64,000 nucleotides of DNA, taken from contig CAVZVA010000009.1 of NCBI GenBank assembly GCA_963778655.1, positions 1,376,001 through 1,440,000 on the forward strand. Direction: 5' to 3'. The notes under the pieces are model-generated. The model saw only the letters and a list, made by a program, of their open reading frames with translations. It did not search any database and was not told where the DNA came from. This DNA is from an uncultured delta proteobacterium (lineage in GTDB: Bacteria; Myxococcota_A; Polyangia; Polyangiales; JAFGIB01). This document shows, piece by piece, positions 13,319-22,474 of the stretch (the stretch's first letter is position 1; each line of letters opens with the position of its first letter). A program made the translations under genes and the position numbers.

Positions 13319-13499
13319 GGCGGCGATGGTGGTCCGGGTAGGTGGTGGCGTCAAGCTGGAGATGGCAAGGCGTGAGGGGGAACACGGGTGGTCGCGAAAA
13401 GCGCGACGCCGGCAGGCTCCCGCGCGGCGCGGCCATGGAGCCGCGTCGATTTCGCAGGCATACTCGGGTCGAGCAGCAGTGACGTGCTGCGGGGGACCG

Positions 13500-14624
13500 A
13501 TGGCACCCAAATCCGACGCGAGCAACGCGGACCGCGATGCGCGCATGCGCGCCCTGGTGGATCAGCTGCCCGCGGTAGTCTGGAGCACCGACGACGAGCT
13601 GCGCTTCACCTCGTCGCGTGGCGGCGGCCTGGCTACCCTGGGATTGCAGCCGGACCAGGTGGTCGGCATCACGCTGTACGAGTACTTTCAAACACGCGAT
13701 GACGAGTTCGCGCCGATCAAGGCCCACCACCGCGCGCTGGCCGGCGAGTCGGTCAGCTACGAGGTGGAGTGGGCGGGGCGGCATTTCGAGACCTATACCG
13801 AGCCCTTTCGCGACGAGCGGGGCCGCCTCACCGGCACGCTCAGCATCGCGCTCGACGTGACCGAGCGAAAGCAGGCCGAGACGGCGCGGCGCGGTCTCGA
13901 GCTGAAGTTGCGCGAGCAGCACCGGCTCGAGGCCGTGGGTCAGCTCGCGGCCGGCCTGGCGCACGAGATCAACAACCCGCTGCAGAGCATCATGAACTTC
14001 GCGCAGTTGATCCGCTCGCGCGGGCAGATCGACCTGGTGCGCGAGTATGCCGAGGAGATCGTGAACGAGGTGCACGGGCTTGCGGCGATCGTACGCAACC
14101 TGCAGCGCCTGGTGCACGAGGATGGCGAGCTGCCGTCCGAGGTGCGCCTGCAGGACGTGGTCGAGGGCACCGTCTCGCTGTTTCGTGCCGCGCTGCGCAA
14201 GGAGCGCATCGACCTCCAGGTCGACGTGCCCGAGGATCTGCCGGCGGTCTGGTGCCGCGCGCGCAGCGTACAGCAGGCCCTGATCAACCTCGTGACCTCC
14301 GCCCGCGATGCGCTCAACCACCGCTACCCGCGCGGCGATGCGGACAAGCGCATGCGCATCCTCGCGCGGCCGAGCACGGCGCTCGGGCACGCCTCGCTGC
14401 GGCTCACGGTCGAGGATCGCGGTACGCCGATTCCGGAATCGACGATCGCGCGCCTGTTCGAGCCGTTCACCCTGGTGGCGGGGCGCGAGCAAGGCTCGGG
14501 GCTCGGGCTTTCGATCAGCCGCGCGATCGTGCGCGAGAACGGCGGCGAGCTGAGCGTCGAGGTGCAGGGCGAGTCGGGACAGACCACCTTTCACCTGGAC
14601 CTGCCGCTGTCCGCCGAGCAGTGA
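13500..14624 (+). CDS. PAS-domain sensor histidine kinase with degenerate ATP-binding boxes
   Basis: PAS (LVDQLPAVVWSTD...DVTERK), H-box LAHEINNPL, HATPase with NLVTSARDA, EDRGTP, GSGLGL. Confidence 0.85.
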   Translation: MAPKSDASNADRDARMRALVDQLPAVVWSTDDELRFTSSRGGGLATLGLQPDQVVGITLYEYFQTRDDEFAPIKAHHRALAGESVSYEVEWAGRHFETYTEPFRDERGRLTGTLSIALDVTERKQAETARRGLELKLREQHRLEAVGQLAAGLAHEINNPLQSIMNFAQLIRSRGQIDLVREYAEEIVNEVHGLAAIVRNLQRLVHEDGELPSEVRLQDVVEGTVSLFRAALRKERIDLQVDVPEDLPAVWCRARSVQQALINLVTSARDALNHRYPRGDADKRMRILARPSTALGHASLRLTVEDRGTPIPESTIARLFEPFTLVAGREQGSGLGLSISRAIVRENGGELSVEVQGESGQTTFHLDLPLSAEQ

Positions 14625-14761
14625 GTCGCGCGGCGCAGCGCACAACGGGGGCAGTCTGCGCGGGTGTGCGCACGCTTGCGCAACGGCCGGCAGCGCAAGG
14701 TACAAAGCTTCGGGCCCCCGCGAGCCGTGGTACGATCTCGGCTCGCGCCGGAGGTTCCACT

Positions 14762-16090
14762 CTGTACGACCGGGAGTCTCGATCGGGTGGCGAGGAGCCC
14801 GAAGACAAGCAGCCGGAGCTCTTCGACCTCCATGTGATGATGTTCACGGATCGCTCGAGTGCCACGGCGTCCGCGTTGCAGCAGGCGTTCGCCATCGAGC
14901 ACGAGGTCGCGCTGCGCTTGTTGTCGCAAGCGCCGGTCGTGGTCAAGCGCGCCGCGTCGCCAGATGTCGCGGCGGTGCTGCTGGACGCGTTGCAGAGCCT
15001 CGGCGCGCAGGTGGTCCTGCTGCCGTCCGCGGCGCAGGGCGCGCCCGCCGCGGTGGACGCCGGCGGCGCGCGCGAGACGCCGAAGTGGGGCGCGCTCGAC
15101 CTGGAGCCCGCTCCCGCTCGTGCAGCGGGCGCGCGCGAGCCCGAGCCGCGCGCCGCCTCGATTCCGATCGCCGCGACAGGCGGCTGGCAGGAAGGCCTGG
15201 AGCTCGACCTCGGGTCCGATGCGGATGCGGCGGCTTCGTCCGCTCCGATCCAGCTGGACCGCCGCGAGAGCTGGGCCGATCGGGTGCTCGCGCCGAGCGA
15301 GCCGCCCGAGGAGCTCGAGTGGGAAGGGATGGAGGTCCCGGCGCTGGACGACGCGCCGTCGCAGCTACCGGGGCTGCAGGCGAGCTCGGGCGCAGATGCC
15401 GGCCCGGCGACGGCGCGCGCGCTGTTCGTGCCGCGCTCGCTCGCGCCCGAGCCGGCGATCGGAATGCGTCGCGTGGCGCCGGCCGAGATGGGCGATGACC
15501 TCGGCCTCGGCTCGGTGCCGCCGCTGCCCGAGGTCGGGGTCGCGCTGGGCCCGGCGACGGCGCGCGCGCGGCCCCCGGTGCCCGCGGCACCGCCTGCGCG
15601 CAGCCCTCCCGCGCGGGCCCCGCTCCGGGTCGCACCGCTGCCCGCGCCCGCGTCGCGCGCGGTGGCCGCGCCCCGGCCCAAGGCCGCCCCGCCCGCACGC
15701 GGCCCGGCGCCGCGCGTCGCGGATCGCACCAGTGGCGGGTTGCGCCTGCCCGAGATCGCGCCGCTGGGCGGCGCCTCGCCCTCCGGCCGCGGCGGAGCGG
15801 GCGAAGCGACGAGGGCGTCCGCGTTCCGGCCCGCCGAGGAGGCTGCGGCCATACACGCGGAGGCGCCGAGCTCGCTCTCCGCCCAGAGCGCGCCCGCGCC
15901 GTCGCAGGCGCCCCGGGCAAGCTCGCGCAGCCTGGCCATGCTCGAGCTGCTGGCCGGAGGCGCGCTGCTGTATCTGGGCGTGCGCATGGACAACTCGGTG
16001 CTGTACGGCAACGCGACCCATCTGTCGCTGCTGCTGCACGGCTTCGCGTTCTACGGGGTGGGGGCGGGGATTGCGGGGCTGTGGCGGTGA
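14762..16090 (+). CDS. Membrane protein: N-terminal ribosomal L7/L12 C-terminal-like domain, Pro/Ala-rich linker, two C-terminal TMs
   Basis: FDLHVMMF...LLSQAPVVVKRAASPDVAAVLLDALQSLGAQVVL parallels the L7/L12 CTD pattern. Probable CTG start at 14762 preceded by GGAGGT. Confidence 0.6.
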   Translation: MYDRESRSGGEEPEDKQPELFDLHVMMFTDRSSATASALQQAFAIEHEVALRLLSQAPVVVKRAASPDVAAVLLDALQSLGAQVVLLPSAAQGAPAAVDAGGARETPKWGALDLEPAPARAAGAREPEPRAASIPIAATGGWQEGLELDLGSDADAAASSAPIQLDRRESWADRVLAPSEPPEELEWEGMEVPALDDAPSQLPGLQASSGADAGPATARALFVPRSLAPEPAIGMRRVAPAEMGDDLGLGSVPPLPEVGVALGPATARARPPVPAAPPARSPPARAPLRVAPLPAPASRAVAAPRPKAAPPARGPAPRVADRTSGGLRLPEIAPLGGASPSGRGGAGEATRASAFRPAEEAAAIHAEAPSSLSAQSAPAPSQAPRASSRSLAMLELLAGGALLYLGVRMDNSVLYGNATHLSLLLHGFAFYGVGAGIAGLWR

Positions 16091-16680
16091 ATCGCTGGCA
16101 GCCCCTATGGCTGCTGTTGTGCTTCGGTCTCGCGGTGGCTGTGAACCACCTGATGCGGCCGCGCGTGCCCTATACGCTGAGCCCCGGCGAGCGAACCATG
16201 GCCACCGGCACGCTCTGGCTCGACGACCACGGGCAGCGGCGGCGGGTCGAGCTGACCACCGTGCACGTGGTCGCCGTCGATCTGCGACGGCCCTTTGCCG
16301 ACGCACTGGAGGTGCGCGAGCTGTGGTTGCGCAGCCCGGAGCAGGACGACCAGGTCGAGCCCGACTTCGAGCTCTTCGTCGACTTCGCCAAGAGCGAGCC
16401 CGACGGCGGCTGGCGCGAGCGCGGGCCCAAGGCGCTCGCAGGCAGCGATCTGCCGATCCTGACGGCCGCCGTCGGCAGCACGACGCGCTCGCGGATTCGG
16501 TTCGCGGGCGCGGAGCAGCCCAGCCTGGTGGACGCGGGCAGCCTGCGCATCCGCGAAGCGCTTCCCGTCGAAGCCGCGTCCATGTTTCGGATCGAGGGCG
16601 AGCTCGAGCTGGAGGTCCACGAACAGGGCGCCTCGCGCAGCGTGCACGGCTCCTTCAACGCACGCCTGCTCTGGGACTGA
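16087..16680 (+). CDS. Hypothetical membrane-anchored protein
   Basis: GTGA overlap with the preceding stop; N-terminal TM followed by a beta-rich domain. Confidence 0.65.
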   Translation: MNRWQPLWLLLCFGLAVAVNHLMRPRVPYTLSPGERTMATGTLWLDDHGQRRRVELTTVHVVAVDLRRPFADALEVRELWLRSPEQDDQVEPDFELFVDFAKSEPDGGWRERGPKALAGSDLPILTAAVGSTTRSRIRFAGAEQPSLVDAGSLRIREALPVEAASMFRIEGELELEVHEQGASRSVHGSFNARLLWD

Positions 16681-16748
16681 TCGGAGCTCTCTGAGCGCGC
16701 GCACCCGAAGCTTGCGCTTTGCTACCCGCGGTTAGCGCATCGAAGCGC

Positions 16749-16873
16749 CGGTTTCCGCTCAGGGGCGTTCAGGAGCGAGCGCGCCCGGAGAACCGGACCG
16801 AGGCGTACTCTTGTACGCCGCAGGCCCGGGCCGAGGACGAAAGCCGCTCTTGGGCGCTCCTGAGCGGAAACCG
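16749..16873. repeat. ~125-bp palindromic MITE/REP-like element
   Basis: 29-nt arms 16749-16777 and 16845-16873 pair fully when G-U is allowed; internal GGCGTAC-TCTT-GTACGCC hairpin; lies between convergent genes. Confidence 0.65.
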
Positions 16874-17734
16874 CTAGGGCCAGCGCAGGCTCCAGAGCGT
16901 GGCCACCAGCCAGCCGGCGCCGGCGAGCAGCAGCGTGGGCGTGTGCAACACGGTGTCCACCGGCGAGCCGCCCGCGCGCTTGACGTGAGCCAGGCGCAGG
17001 TAGTCGAGCACGCCGAACACCACGAAGGGCAGGGCCGCGAACTTGCGACTGGGCAGCAGCACTGCGGCCTCCATCGAGTAGAGGGCGTAACCGATGATCG
17101 CCATGCCGGCGGCGATTCCGATCGCCTGATCGAGGAAGCTCTCGCTGTAGCCCTGCAACGCGGGGCGGTGCTCGGTTCCCGTGCCCTTGACCAGATCGGC
17201 GCGGCGCTTGGCCAGCGCGATGAACAGCGCCAGTGCATAGGACAACAGCAGCAACCAGTTCGAGGCGGCGACGTGGAGCAGCGCGCAGCCCAGCAGCACG
17301 CGCAGCACGTACAGTCCGGCGAGCAGGAACACGTCGAGCAGCGCCACGTGCTTGGCGCCCAAGCTGTAGGCCACGTTGACCGCCAGGTACAACGCGAACA
17401 GCAGCAGCGCCGCGTGGCTCGCGCTGGCCAGCGCCAGGCCCGCCCCCACCGCGGCCAGCGCGAGCGACCACAGGTACGCGGTGCGCTTGGAGATGCGGCC
17501 GGCGGCGATCGGGCGATTGCGCTTGTCGGCGTGCATCCGGTCGCGCTCGGCGTCCTGCGCGTCGTTGAAACCGTAGACCGCAGAGCTCGCCAGGCAGAAC
17601 GACAAGAGGCCGAGGGCGAAGGTGAGCGGGTGCAGGCGGGCGCCGCTCGCCAGCGCGAACGGCACTGGCAAGAAGACGAAGACGTTCTTGATCCAGTGCG
17701 TGGGCCTCGAGAGCCGGATCAAATCTCGGAGCAT
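16874..17734 (-). CDS. UbiA-family prenyltransferase (decaprenyl-phosphate phosphoribosyltransferase-like)
   Basis: RPTHWIKN, SSAVYGFNDAQDAERDRMHADKRNRPIAAG, YSLGAKH, LRVLLG, KRRAD motifs typical of the Rv3806c-like clade. Confidence 0.85.
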   Translation of the reverse strand: MLRDLIRLSRPTHWIKNVFVFLPVPFALASGARLHPLTFALGLLSFCLASSAVYGFNDAQDAERDRMHADKRNRPIAAGRISKRTAYLWSLALAAVGAGLALASASHAALLLFALYLAVNVAYSLGAKHVALLDVFLLAGLYVLRVLLGCALLHVAASNWLLLLSYALALFIALAKRRADLVKGTGTEHRPALQGYSESFLDQAIGIAAGMAIIGYALYSMEAAVLLPSRKFAALPFVVFGVLDYLRLAHVKRAGGSPVDTVLHTPTLLLAGAGWLVATLWSLRWP

Positions 17735-17985
17735 GTCGTGCAACCAGAGAGAGCCAGGGCGCGAATCAAGACGCTTGCGAGGAGCGCGAAGCGTCCGCAT
17801 CGCGCCGCAGGTCGCGAGCCGCCGCGCTCCCCCCGCCGCGCGCGCCCCGGCCGTGTCTCGCAAACGGCGCCGGCTGCGCGCCGATCCGCATCCCGTCACT
17901 CACGTCCGTTGATGTAGCATGGCGGGGGCAAGGCGCGCAGCAAATCTACGCCCCCCAGCCTCACCAGGGATACGCTCCAGACGCC

Positions 17986-19971
17986 ATGGCAGAGCCGCAG
18001 CCAGGAGCGATCGCGCGCGCGCCCGGGCTGCCGATCTACCTCGCCGCCGCGCTCGTGCTGGGATGGCTCGCCGCCGCGGACGTCGGCTTTCGAGACTCGG
18101 GCGAGCTGGGAACCGCCGCCTTCGGTCTGGGCGTCGCCCATCCCACCGGCTTCGGCGTCGACCTGCTGATCTTGCGGGCATTCTCCTATCTGCCGCTGGG
18201 ACACATCGCTTTTCGGCAGAACCTGGCGGTGGCGCTGGAGGCGGCGGGCGCCCTGACGCTGCTCGCCTTGCTGTGCGACCGGCTCGCGCTGCGTCTGGGC
18301 GTGCACACACCCTCCGCGCGCTGGGGCGGCGCGCTGCTCGCGTGCTGTGGGCTTGCGTGCTTTCGCACCTTCTTCGAGACCGCGACCTCGGTCGAGGTCT
18401 ACTCCCTGGCGTTGCTCGCGGCGTTGCTCGCGGTCTACGGCGCGGTGGCCGGCGGGCGCGCGCGCGGACTGTGCTGCGTCGTGCTGGGGCTCGCGCCCGG
18501 CTTGCACGTCACCGCCGGTCTGTTCGCGGCGCTGGTGTTGCTCGGCCTGCTCGTTCGCCTCGGTCCGTCTTCGGGCCTGCGCTTCGTGCGCGCGCGCCTG
18601 CTACTGGTCGTCGCCGGCGCGCTCGTCATCGCCTATCTCCCGCTGGCGTCGCTGCGCAATCCCGCGCTCGACTGGGGCGATCCGGATACGTTCGGCCGCG
18701 TGCTCGCGCACCTCACCGCGGCGCGCATCCGCAGCGCCTATCACGGCGAAATGTTGAGCTCCGATCCCAATGCGTCGCTGGGCGTGCTCTCGCAGCTGTT
18801 CGAGCTGTGGCCGCTGCTGCCCGTTGCGCTGCTGGCGTTGCTGCTCGGCTGGTCGCGCAGCCCGCGCGCGCTGCTCTTGCCCTTGGCGTTGCTCACCGCG
18901 GATCTGGCGTACGCGGTGTGGATCAACCCGATGGGCGCCGCCGACCGCCAGGTCGGCCACATGGCGGGCGCCGCGCTGGCGCTGCTCGCGGGTCTGGGTG
19001 CCGCGCTGCTGCAGGCGGCGGCGCGGCGCGCGCGCTCGCGCGCGCTGTACGCGCTCGCGCTCGGCGCGGTGCTGGGGTTGCTGCTGTGGCGCTTCCCGCG
19101 CAGCGAGCTGGCCGACCGCTACGCTGCTGCGGAGCTGCTCGGCAGCGGCGGCCCGCTCTGCGCGCTGCCGCCGCGCACGGTGCTGTTGTGCTCGAGCGAC
19201 GACGGCTGCGCGGGTGGCCTGTTCGCGCTCTACGTGGAAGCGGTGCGACCCGATGTCGACGTCGCGCCCGCGCAGCACCTGTGGGACGCCACCGTGCTGC
19301 GCCGGCTGCGCGGCCTGCAGCTGCCGCCGCAGAGCACGGGCGAGCTGTCGCCCGCGCAACGCGCGGCGGCTGCCAGCGACGTGTTGCGCTTTCTGGTCTC
19401 GCATCGCGCGCGGCGCCCGCTGCGGCTCGAATCGACCGCGCCGCTGCGCTGGTCGCGGCTGCGCGTGGTTACGCGCGCGGCCGACCCGCCTCCGTACCTG
19501 CGCGTGGGCACGGGCACGCAGTGGCCGGCGTTGAGCCCGCCGATCCTGGCGCAGCTGGACGCCCTGCGCGCCGCGCGCCTGCCCGGCGGTTTGGCGCGCG
19601 CCGAGCGCGCGCGCGAGGCGTGGTCGCGGGCCTACGGCGCGCTCGGAGAGCAGGCGCTTGGCAGCGCGAGCGCGGTGCGCGCGCTGCGCACCGCGGCGCA
19701 GCTCGCGCCCGAGCGCGCGGTGGCCTGGACCAACCTGGGCGTCGCGCTGGAGGCGGTGGGCGACGCAGACGGCGCGATTGCATGCGCGCGACGTGCGATC
19801 GCGCTCGCGCCCCGGCGCGCGACCGGCTGGCTGAACCTCGCGCGCCTGACCCTCGCGCGCCAGGGCCCAGAGGCGGCGCGGCGCGTGCTGCAGCTCGCCG
19901 CGAGCGCTGGCGTACACGACAGGCGGCTGTCACGCCTGCAGAGCCAGCTCGACCGGGCGGGCGTGCGCTGA
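17986..19971 (+). CDS. DUF2723 / TMEM260-like GT-C protein O-glycosyltransferase with C-terminal TPRs
   Basis: DSGELGTAAFGLGVAHPTGF signature, EVY, multiple TMs, DWGDP, TPR (AWTNLGVAL). Confidence 0.8.
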   Translation: MAEPQPGAIARAPGLPIYLAAALVLGWLAAADVGFRDSGELGTAAFGLGVAHPTGFGVDLLILRAFSYLPLGHIAFRQNLAVALEAAGALTLLALLCDRLALRLGVHTPSARWGGALLACCGLACFRTFFETATSVEVYSLALLAALLAVYGAVAGGRARGLCCVVLGLAPGLHVTAGLFAALVLLGLLVRLGPSSGLRFVRARLLLVVAGALVIAYLPLASLRNPALDWGDPDTFGRVLAHLTAARIRSAYHGEMLSSDPNASLGVLSQLFELWPLLPVALLALLLGWSRSPRALLLPLALLTADLAYAVWINPMGAADRQVGHMAGAALALLAGLGAALLQAAARRARSRALYALALGAVLGLLLWRFPRSELADRYAAAELLGSGGPLCALPPRTVLLCSSDDGCAGGLFALYVEAVRPDVDVAPAQHLWDATVLRRLRGLQLPPQSTGELSPAQRAAAASDVLRFLVSHRARRPLRLESTAPLRWSRLRVVTRAADPPPYLRVGTGTQWPALSPPILAQLDALRAARLPGGLARAERAREAWSRAYGALGEQALGSASAVRALRTAAQLAPERAVAWTNLGVALEAVGDADGAIACARRAIALAPRRATGWLNLARLTLARQGPEAARRVLQLAASAGVHDRRLSRLQSQLDRAGVR

Positions 19972-19984
19972 GTCGCGCTCGCTC

Positions 19985-21736
19985 TCATGGCAGCTCGAAC
20001 GGCAGCTCGGCGCGCGCCTGCTCGGCCTGCTGCCGCAGCGCGGGGCTCAGCCCCTCGTGGCTGAGGTGCCGCAGGTAGCACAGCGCCAGGCCCGGTCTGC
20101 GCTCGGCCAGCTGCACGCGCGCGGCGTGCTGCAACGCGTCGTCGGGAAAGGGCTGCAGCAGCAGCGAGCGATCCAGCGGCAGCTCGGGCAGACGCAGGTA
20201 GCCCACTTGCAGCAAGCGCGCGGCCAGCGCGCGCAGCGCGCCGGCGTCGTCGAGCGTATCGTAGTATTCCTTCGCGTACGCTTCCGCGCGCGAGGGTGCG
20301 AGCGCGCGCAGCTGCTCGTCGCGCAGCGCCACCGCCTCGAACAGCGCGGCGTGGCCCATCTTGGCCCCCGGGTCGACCCGCAGCAGCGTGCGGTACGCGC
20401 GGATCGCGCCGTACAGATCATGCGCCGCGCGCCGCACCTCGCCCAGCTTCATCCAGGCATAGTACGCGTCGGGCTGCGTGCTGGCGGCGTGACCCCACAG
20501 CCGGGTCTCGCTGCGCCACGCGCCCTGGTACTGCACGCAGCGCAGGGCCAGCGCGAGCACCAGCGCCGCGCCCAGCGGCAGGGCCGCGCGCGGTGCCACG
20601 CGCTCGAGCGCGTCCAGGGCAGCGCCCAGCCCGAAGCCGAGCGCCAGCAGCGGCAGCGAGAGGTAGCGATCCTGGTAGGGGAAGTACATCGGCACCGCGT
20701 TGCTGACCGGCGAAAGCAGCAGCGCGAACGCGCCCAGCGCGAACAGCGCTCGGCCCGCACGCAGCCGCCAGGCCGCGAACGCCGCCAGCACGAGCGCCGC
20801 ACACAAGGCGAAGGCCCAAGGCGCGGGCTCGAGCACCGCGCGGGTCGAGTACATGGGAGAGGTTGCGCTCGGCCAGAGCGCGGTCGCGAGCTGGTGAGCG
20901 CTGGTCGCGACCACGCGCGCAAGTGGCCCGGCGCCCGCGTGCTGCCGCAACATGTGCTGCTCGCCCCACAGCCTGACCACGAACACCCCCGCGCCCGCTC
21001 CGAGCGCAAGGCTCGGCAGCTGGTGCAGCGCGGCCTCGCGCGGCGGTCGCCGCCGCAGCGCCACGTCCGCCAGCCACAATACCGCGGGCAGCGGCAGGGT
21101 CGTGGTCTTGGCCAGCGCCGCAAGCACGTAGGCGCCGCGCGCCAGCCAGGCGTCGCGATCGAGCCAGTGCCGGGCGCGCAGGTGCAACAGCATGCACGCG
21201 CACGCGAGCAGCAGCGCGAGCACGTCCTTGCGTCCTGTGGCCCAGCTCACCGCCTCGACCTGCACCGGGTGCAGCACGCAGGCCGCGCTGCCGAGCGCGG
21301 CGCTCGCGGGCGAAAGTCCCAGCGCGAGCATCACCCGCAGCAACAGGTTCGCCGCGATCACCCACAACACCAGACTGACCGCGTGCAGCACCGGCGCGCT
21401 GGCGCCCGACCACGGCACGTCGAGCCAGTAGCTCAGCAGGTGCAGCGGATGGTAGGCCTCGAAGCGCACGCCGCCGAAGATCGCGCCGAGCGCGTGCCAC
21501 GAGGGGGCGCGCACGTCCGGGTTGTCGACGATGAAGCGGCCGTCGTCCCAGCGCAGCTGCAACGGATAGGGCACGGCCCGCGCGAACGTTGCCAGCGTGG
21601 CCAGCGACAGCAGCAGGTGGGCGCGCAGGCCGTGCGGCACGGCGGAGGGTAGGGCAGCGGGTTCGGGCGTGGGGGCGGAGAGCGAGGGGGCGCGTGGGAT
21701 CGACCGCGCCCGTCGGCGCTGTGCGCGCGCAGCCAT
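19985..21736 (-). CDS. TMTC-like GT-C glycosyltransferase with TPRs
   Basis: WDD..IVDNP, YHPL..LSYWLD, HPVQVEAVSWATGRKDVL, DRYL, WRSETRLW, TPR tail. Confidence 0.8.
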   Translation of the reverse strand: MAARAQRRRARSIPRAPSLSAPTPEPAALPSAVPHGLRAHLLLSLATLATFARAVPYPLQLRWDDGRFIVDNPDVRAPSWHALGAIFGGVRFEAYHPLHLLSYWLDVPWSGASAPVLHAVSLVLWVIAANLLLRVMLALGLSPASAALGSAACVLHPVQVEAVSWATGRKDVLALLLACACMLLHLRARHWLDRDAWLARGAYVLAALAKTTTLPLPAVLWLADVALRRRPPREAALHQLPSLALGAGAGVFVVRLWGEQHMLRQHAGAGPLARVVATSAHQLATALWPSATSPMYSTRAVLEPAPWAFALCAALVLAAFAAWRLRAGRALFALGAFALLLSPVSNAVPMYFPYQDRYLSLPLLALGFGLGAALDALERVAPRAALPLGAALVLALALRCVQYQGAWRSETRLWGHAASTQPDAYYAWMKLGEVRRAAHDLYGAIRAYRTLLRVDPGAKMGHAALFEAVALRDEQLRALAPSRAEAYAKEYYDTLDDAGALRALAARLLQVGYLRLPELPLDRSLLLQPFPDDALQHAARVQLAERRPGLALCYLRHLSHEGLSPALRQQAEQARAELPFELP

Positions 21737-21931
21737 GCGCCCGCACGATCCCGCGCCCGGCGCGTGCTGTAAAGCGCGGCGTCGGCCGGCGGGAGCAGCA
21801 TCCAGACGCGCGAACGTCGATGCCGAGAAATCAACAGGAAGGCGGGAAGGCAAGAGGAAGCGAATCGCTCTCCGCTTCCCGTGAATCTCATTCGTCTGAG
21901 ACCCGACCCAGCGCCGCGGCGAGCGAGTCGC

Positions 21932-22468
21932 TCACAGCGGGAGCTGGGTCTTGGCGTAGTCGATGAAGTCCTTCAGGTCGCGGCGCAGGCGCTGCTCCAC
22001 GTCGTTTTCGTCGGGCGCACCGTCCAGGGCCGCGCGCGCGTTCGCGCTGTAGCGGTAGCTCTCGTGGTCCAGCACCAGGACCAGCGCGCGCGGGTGGCCT
22101 GCGTGTGGATCGGCGGCGGCCAGCACCCGCAGCTGGCCGCCCGGGTCGGGGCGCGGCAGCAGATCGCCGTAGCGCGCCCGATCCCGCTCGCTGATCCACT
22201 CTACGCCGACCTCGCTGTCGCCCACGCGCAGGTCGACCGGCAGGGGGCTGTGCTCCGCCGGCAAGCGCACCTGCCAGCCGCGGGTGGGCTCGAGCCGGGC
22301 CTCGAGTAGCAGCTCGTCTATGAGCGCCAGGGCCCGCGTCTCGTCGAGCGAGCGCTCGCGAATCGCGCGGGCGTGCGGGGCGGCCGCGTGGGGAATGCGC
22401 GTGCCGGCGCATGCGGTCAAGAGCAGCGCTCCCAGCAACGGGAGCACCCGAAACAACCAGCTGAGCAT
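21932..22468 (-). CDS. Hypothetical lipoprotein
   Basis: Lipobox LLTAC; coherent 178-aa ORF. Confidence 0.7.
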   Translation of the reverse strand: MLSWLFRVLPLLGALLLTACAGTRIPHAAAPHARAIRERSLDETRALALIDELLLEARLEPTRGWQVRLPAEHSPLPVDLRVGDSEVGVEWISERDRARYGDLLPRPDPGGQLRVLAAADPHAGHPRALVLVLDHESYRYSANARAALDGAPDENDVEQRLRRDLKDFIDYAKTQLPL

Positions 22469-22474
22469 CGATTT

